From NCBI GenBank assembly GCA_043816765.1, contig JBDRHN010000023.1:17353-81352 (forward strand): DNA of 64,000 nucleotides. Direction: 5' to 3'. How positions within the stretch are numbered: position 1 is the first letter of the stretch; each line of letters starts with the position of its first letter. Both the position numbers and the translations under genes were made by a program. The DNA is from a bacterium. Its GTDB lineage: Bacteria > Patescibacteriota > Patescibacteriia > JBDRHN01. Under the pieces are notes generated by a model that saw nothing but the letters and a program-made list of their open reading frames with translations, was not told the origin of the DNA and ran no database searches. Below are positions 60,175-64,000 of this stretch, piece by piece.

Positions 60175-62072
60175 ACTTGTATAATCACCGGCAACACCAT
60201 CGGGCGACGTTTTGTTTTTGAGAACAGGAATTGCCCGATGTCGTTTCTTATTTTATCTTTTGTGTATGCTTCAAAAGTCGGGGATTTTTTATCGCTGTCT
60301 TGAAGAATTTTTTTCGCTTTTTTTCTGGTCTGTTCTATCAGCTCTTTGCTCTCTTTCATATAAACAAACCCGCGGGAAATGATGTCGGGGTTGCCGACTA
60401 ATTCCCCTGTTTTATGCCGCAATGTGGCGATAATAACAACCATTCCGTCTTCCGACATCATTCGTCGGTCTCGCAGAACGATATTAGAAACATCGCCGAC
60501 GCCAAGTCCGTCAACCATCACATAATCGGTCGGCACTTTTTTATTTGTCAATTTTCCGATCGTTTCATCGCCCTGTTTATAAAATTCCATTATCTGCCCA
60601 TTGTCCGCAACCATAATATTGGAACGCGGGATGCCAATGCTGTGGGCGTGATCGGCGTGAATGCGCAACATATAGTGATACGCCTCTATCGGAATAAAAT
60701 ATTTAGGCTTTATCAAATTTATCATCAATTTTGCATCTTCTGCCTTTGCGTGTCCTCCCGCGTGAACGTCCATCATTTGATAATTTATAACTTTCGCCCC
60801 CTTGCGATAAAAAGTATCGTTTAACGCCTGAATTGTTCTTTCATTGCCGGGAATTACTGAAGATGAAAAAACGACTAGGTCGCTGGGGGCTACTGCTAAA
60901 AATCTATGGTCGCCGGATGCGAAACGGGTTAAAAACGCGTTCTGCTGTCCTTGCGCTCCTGTTCCCACGACAACAACTTTGTTGTCCGGCAAGCTTTTAA
61001 CTTCTTCATAACTATTGATTAGAGTATTTGGTCTGAATTTTAAATAGCCAAGTTTGTGAGCGATTTCTACATTGTCTTTCATGCTGCGGCCTTCCAGTAA
61101 AATCCTGCGGCCATGTTTTTCCGCAATATCAACAATCAGTTGAATTCTGGAAATCATGCTCGCAAATGTGCCGATTATAATTCTCCCTTCGGCCATTTCA
61201 AATATTTTATCAATATCAATACCAATGTCTTTTTCTGAAAGCTGGTGTCCCGGGTGTTCGGCGTTTGTGCTGTCAGACATTAAAGCTAATACGCCGCTGG
61301 ATCCATACTGCGCTATTTTTGAAAGATCAGCCGGAGTGTCATTGACAGGAGTATGATCAAATTTATAATCGCCGGTGTGAATAATTTGCCCCACTGGGGT
61401 TTTAATCGCCAGCCCAAAACTGTCGGGGATGCTGTGATTAATTTTGAAAAATTCCACCTGAAAACTATTTCCCATGCGCGCGCGATAGCCGTCTAAAACT
61501 ATTTGGATATTTAATTTCGGCGCGTCGCGGTATTCTTCCTGACGTTTATTCATGAGTCCTGCGGATAATCTGCCGGCATACATAAGCGGGTTGCCGAGTT
61601 TTGGCATCAGGTGCGGCACGGCGCCGATGTGATCCATATGTCCATGGGTAATAATCACACCTTTGATATTTTTTTCTTTTCCTTTTAGGTAACTAATATT
61701 AGGAATTACATAATCAATTCCAGGCATATCTTCATCCGGAAACTGCATCCCCATGTCAATGATAATTATATCGTCATTGAATTCCATGACTGTCATATTG
61801 CGTCCGACTTCTTCCAGTCCGCCTAAAACTATTACTTTTAATCTGTTTCTCGCGTCATTTTCAACATGACTGCTAAATTGTTCTATGTCTTGTCTTGATT
61901 CAACTTTTTGATCAACATGCGGTCGGCGATTTATAATATTAAATTTCCTCCGATCACCAGTTCCCCTTTTCACGTCAACCGCGGCGGATGCTTGATCTGC
62001 TGTTTTTCTTTCTGTTTTTGTTTTGGACAAATTTGGCAAAACTTTTCTTGCCCATGTTGTTTTTGTTTCCAT
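60171..62072 (-). CDS. rnj: Ribonuclease J
   Basis: LGGLEEVGRNM, THGHMDHIG, HSIPD, HTGDYK, HAGGH, RRPMVLP. Confidence 0.97.
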   Translation of the reverse strand: METKTTWARKVLPNLSKTKTERKTADQASAAVDVKRGTGDRRKFNIINRRPHVDQKVESRQDIEQFSSHVENDARNRLKVIVLGGLEEVGRNMTVMEFNDDIIIIDMGMQFPDEDMPGIDYVIPNISYLKGKEKNIKGVIITHGHMDHIGAVPHLMPKLGNPLMYAGRLSAGLMNKRQEEYRDAPKLNIQIVLDGYRARMGNSFQVEFFKINHSIPDSFGLAIKTPVGQIIHTGDYKFDHTPVNDTPADLSKIAQYGSSGVLALMSDSTNAEHPGHQLSEKDIGIDIDKIFEMAEGRIIIGTFASMISRIQLIVDIAEKHGRRILLEGRSMKDNVEIAHKLGYLKFRPNTLINSYEEVKSLPDNKVVVVGTGAQGQQNAFLTRFASGDHRFLAVAPSDLVVFSSSVIPGNERTIQALNDTFYRKGAKVINYQMMDVHAGGHAKAEDAKLMINLIKPKYFIPIEAYHYMLRIHADHAHSIGIPRSNIMVADNGQIMEFYKQGDETIGKLTNKKVPTDYVMVDGLGVGDVSNIVLRDRRMMSEDGMVVIIATLRHKTGELVGNPDIISRGFVYMKESKELIEQTRKKAKKILQDSDKKSPTFEAYTKDKIRNDIGQFLFSKTKRRPMVLPVIIQV

Positions 62073-62306
62073 AATTTTGTAATGCTAAAAATAGACAATT
62101 TGCGGAAAAAAATATTTCGCGCGTTCCCCCTCCCGCAGATGGGGCTATGGAGATGGTTTTGGTTGTCGTGTAATTAACAAGAGTTCTTTTTTTCCCGTCC
62201 GCAAGTTTGCGGAATGGATTAATTGTTATTTAAGTTGTTAAAATTTATTTTGAGGTAATTGGGATTAAATATATTCAGTGCCAAATGCAGACTATCTAAA
62301 AATCAT

Positions 62307-62425
62307 ATCTGTGTTAATCTTCGCTTTAGTCTGTGTTCATCTGTGTCCTATTTTCAATCAACCCAAGCTAAAAAATAATTAGACGCAGATTAACACTGAC
62401 CCTTCGGGCGCTGAAAAACACAGAT
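62307..62425. repeat. Rearranged copy of the GxxExxY-flanking repeat (halves in swapped order)
   Basis: ATCTGTGTTAATCTTCGCTTTAGTCTGTGTTCATCTGTGTCCTATT then ACGCAGATTAACACTGACCCTTCGGGCGC. Confidence 0.8.
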
Positions 62426-62818
62426 TTTAGATAAAAACTTTTTTAATTCAGGAACAATATCATCTATGTTCTCGTATTCAATCACAATATCGGTAATACC
62501 TTTTGCGGTATCTTTCAATAAAACTCCGCGCTTCACAAGAACTATTATTTTTTTATTCATTGCATAAGCAATTCCCGCTTCTATGGCGCGCCCTGTTGAC
62601 TTATGCGTGAGATCAATCAATAGCGCGTCGCATGATTTAATCTCCTGTTTTGTTATTGCCATCATTTCCAACGGATTATCAAAAAAATTTTGATAATTTT
62701 CTATATCACGAATAAAACAAAAATCATTAAATCCTGCTTGCTTTGCAATATTGCAAAGATGTTCTATCTCGGATTGGTTTTCACCGTGCTTAAAAGTGGC
62801 TGTAATAAATAACTTCAT
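62390..62818 (-). CDS. Nucleoside 2-deoxyribosyltransferase-like protein
   Basis: IKSCDALLID, STGRAIEAGIAYAMNKKII. Confidence 0.75.
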   Translation of the reverse strand: MKLFITATFKHGENQSEIEHLCNIAKQAGFNDFCFIRDIENYQNFFDNPLEMMAITKQEIKSCDALLIDLTHKSTGRAIEAGIAYAMNKKIIVLVKRGVLLKDTAKGITDIVIEYENIDDIVPELKKFLSKICVFQRPKGQC

Positions 62819-62859
62819 CGTGTTTCCAAATGTTAATAAAATAACCTAACGACGCATTT

Positions 62860-62889
62860 TGTAGAGACGCATTGCAATGCGTCTCTACA
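62860..62889. repeat. REP-like palindrome
   Basis: TGTAGAGACGCATTGCAATGCGTCTCTACA. Confidence 0.85.
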
Positions 62890-62942
62890 TTGGACGCTCG
62901 GTTTTCACGAACCGTTCAATGTTAAAATTCCTTTGCAACAAA

Positions 62943-64000
62943 TTATCTATAAATCATCTGCCCCCTGTTCATTCCAACTCCGATAAAATTGATCGGCGTT
63001 CCGAGCAGGTCTTCCAGTTTTAAAATATAATTTTGAGCGTTTAATGGCAGGTCGCTAAAATTTTTAGCATTAGTAATATCGTCATTCCAACCCGGCATTT
63101 CTATGTATTCAACTTCAACTTTTCCAAAATCTTTAAGAGACGCAGGGACAAATTGTATCGGCTCGCCGTTTAGTTTGTAACCTGTTCCGATTTTTATTGT
63201 TTCAAATCCTGTTAAAACATCCAGCTTTGTTAAATTCAAGCTATTGATTCCGTTAATCGCGATGGCATTTTTAACTAAAACAGTATCAAACCATCCGCAA
63301 CGACGCGGTCTTCCTGTTGTCGCGCCAAATTCTCCGCCGGCTTTTCGCAATTCTTCTCCGGTTTCGTCAATCAATTCTGTTGGAAACGGTCCCTCTCCTA
63401 CTCTGGTTGTGTATGCTTTTACTATTCCTACAATGGAATTAATTTTGTTTGGCGGAAAACCAAGTCCGCTTGAGGCTCCCGCGCTTGTTGTATTTGAAGA
63501 TGTTACAAAAGGGTAAGTTCCGATATCAATATCAAGATGCGTTCCTTGCGCGCCTTCAATTAAAATTGTTTTTTTATTGTTATATTCATTATATAAATAC
63601 TCTGTTGTATTTGTGATATAATCTTTAATTTTTTTAATCGCTTCGCGGTGGGTTTCAATCTCTTTTTCAACATCAAAAGAAAATCCGTAAGTTTTGATAT
63701 GCTTTTCGGCGTTGCTTTTTAATTTTTTAAAAAATTCTTCAAAATCTAATAGGTCGCCCACCCTCAAACCTATTCGGTTTATTTTGTCCGCGTAAGCGGG
63801 TCCGATGCCGCGTTTTGTTGTTCCGACTTTTGCGTCGGCTTTTGAATATTCTTGAATCCCGTCAATTATTTTATGATATTCAAAAATCAGGTGCGCGCGG
63901 TCGCTTATTTTCAGTTTATCCGCAATTTCAATCCCCTGCTTTTTAAGGCTTTCAATCTCTTCAAGCAATGTTGGAAGATGTATAACCGTGCCGTTTCCGA
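62943..64000 (-). CDS. purA: Adenylosuccinate synthetase (5' part outside window)
   Basis: GTTKRGIGPAY, EGAQG, GTYPFVTSS, TTGRPRRCGW, TKLDVL. Confidence 0.97.
   Translation of the reverse strand, partial: GNGTVIHLPTLLEEIESLKKQGIEIADKLKISDRAHLIFEYHKIIDGIQEYSKADAKVGTTKRGIGPAYADKINRIGLRVGDLLDFEEFFKKLKSNAEKHIKTYGFSFDVEKEIETHREAIKKIKDYITNTTEYLYNEYNNKKTILIEGAQGTHLDIDIGTYPFVTSSNTTSAGASSGLGFPPNKINSIVGIVKAYTTRVGEGPFPTELIDETGEELRKAGGEFGATTGRPRRCGWFDTVLVKNAIAINGINSLNLTKLDVLTGFETIKIGTGYKLNGEPIQFVPASLKDFGKVEVEYIEMPGWNDDITNAKNFSDLPLNAQNYILKLEDLLGTPINFIGVGMNRGQMIYR

Overview
AT-rich bacterial chromosome segment, most likely from a Candidate Phyla Radiation (Patescibacteria/Parcubacteria-type) genome. This is inferred from the gene content, weak or absent Shine-Dalgarno sites, extended ribosomal proteins and a tRNA-Ile(UAU). 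Core content: S10/spc ribosomal cluster with tuf, minor type IV pilins, metK, groES/EL with a CIRCE operator, ftsH, two archaeal-type PurP genes, a short RelA/SpoT, PBP1A, efp, rpsF-ssb-rpsR, khpA, trpB/trpA, tsaE, RNase J, partial purA and two tRNAs. Accessory content: AbiEi/AbiEii and Panacea/RelE toxin-antitoxin pairs, three AAA+DUF4143-type ATPases, RhuM and a split PEP-utilising phosphotransferase cluster. Most notable: (1) a three-gene locus encoding a PKD-7TM protein, an ATP-grasp ligase fused to a dead aspartic-protease module and a MATCAP/DUF1704-like metallocarboxypeptidase, and a second RimK-like ATP-grasp, which may be a writer/eraser peptide-tagging system; (2) a GxxExxY nuclease gene between trpB and trpA flanked by 102-bp direct repeats, with solo copies elsewhere; (3) several palindromic repeat families, some inserted in frame in proteins; (4) unannotated small-RNA-like units, a kissing-loop leader and two small hydrophobic-peptide genes. 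No CRISPR array, rRNA or autonomous transposase was seen. All family assignments come from motif recognition by eye, not database searches.
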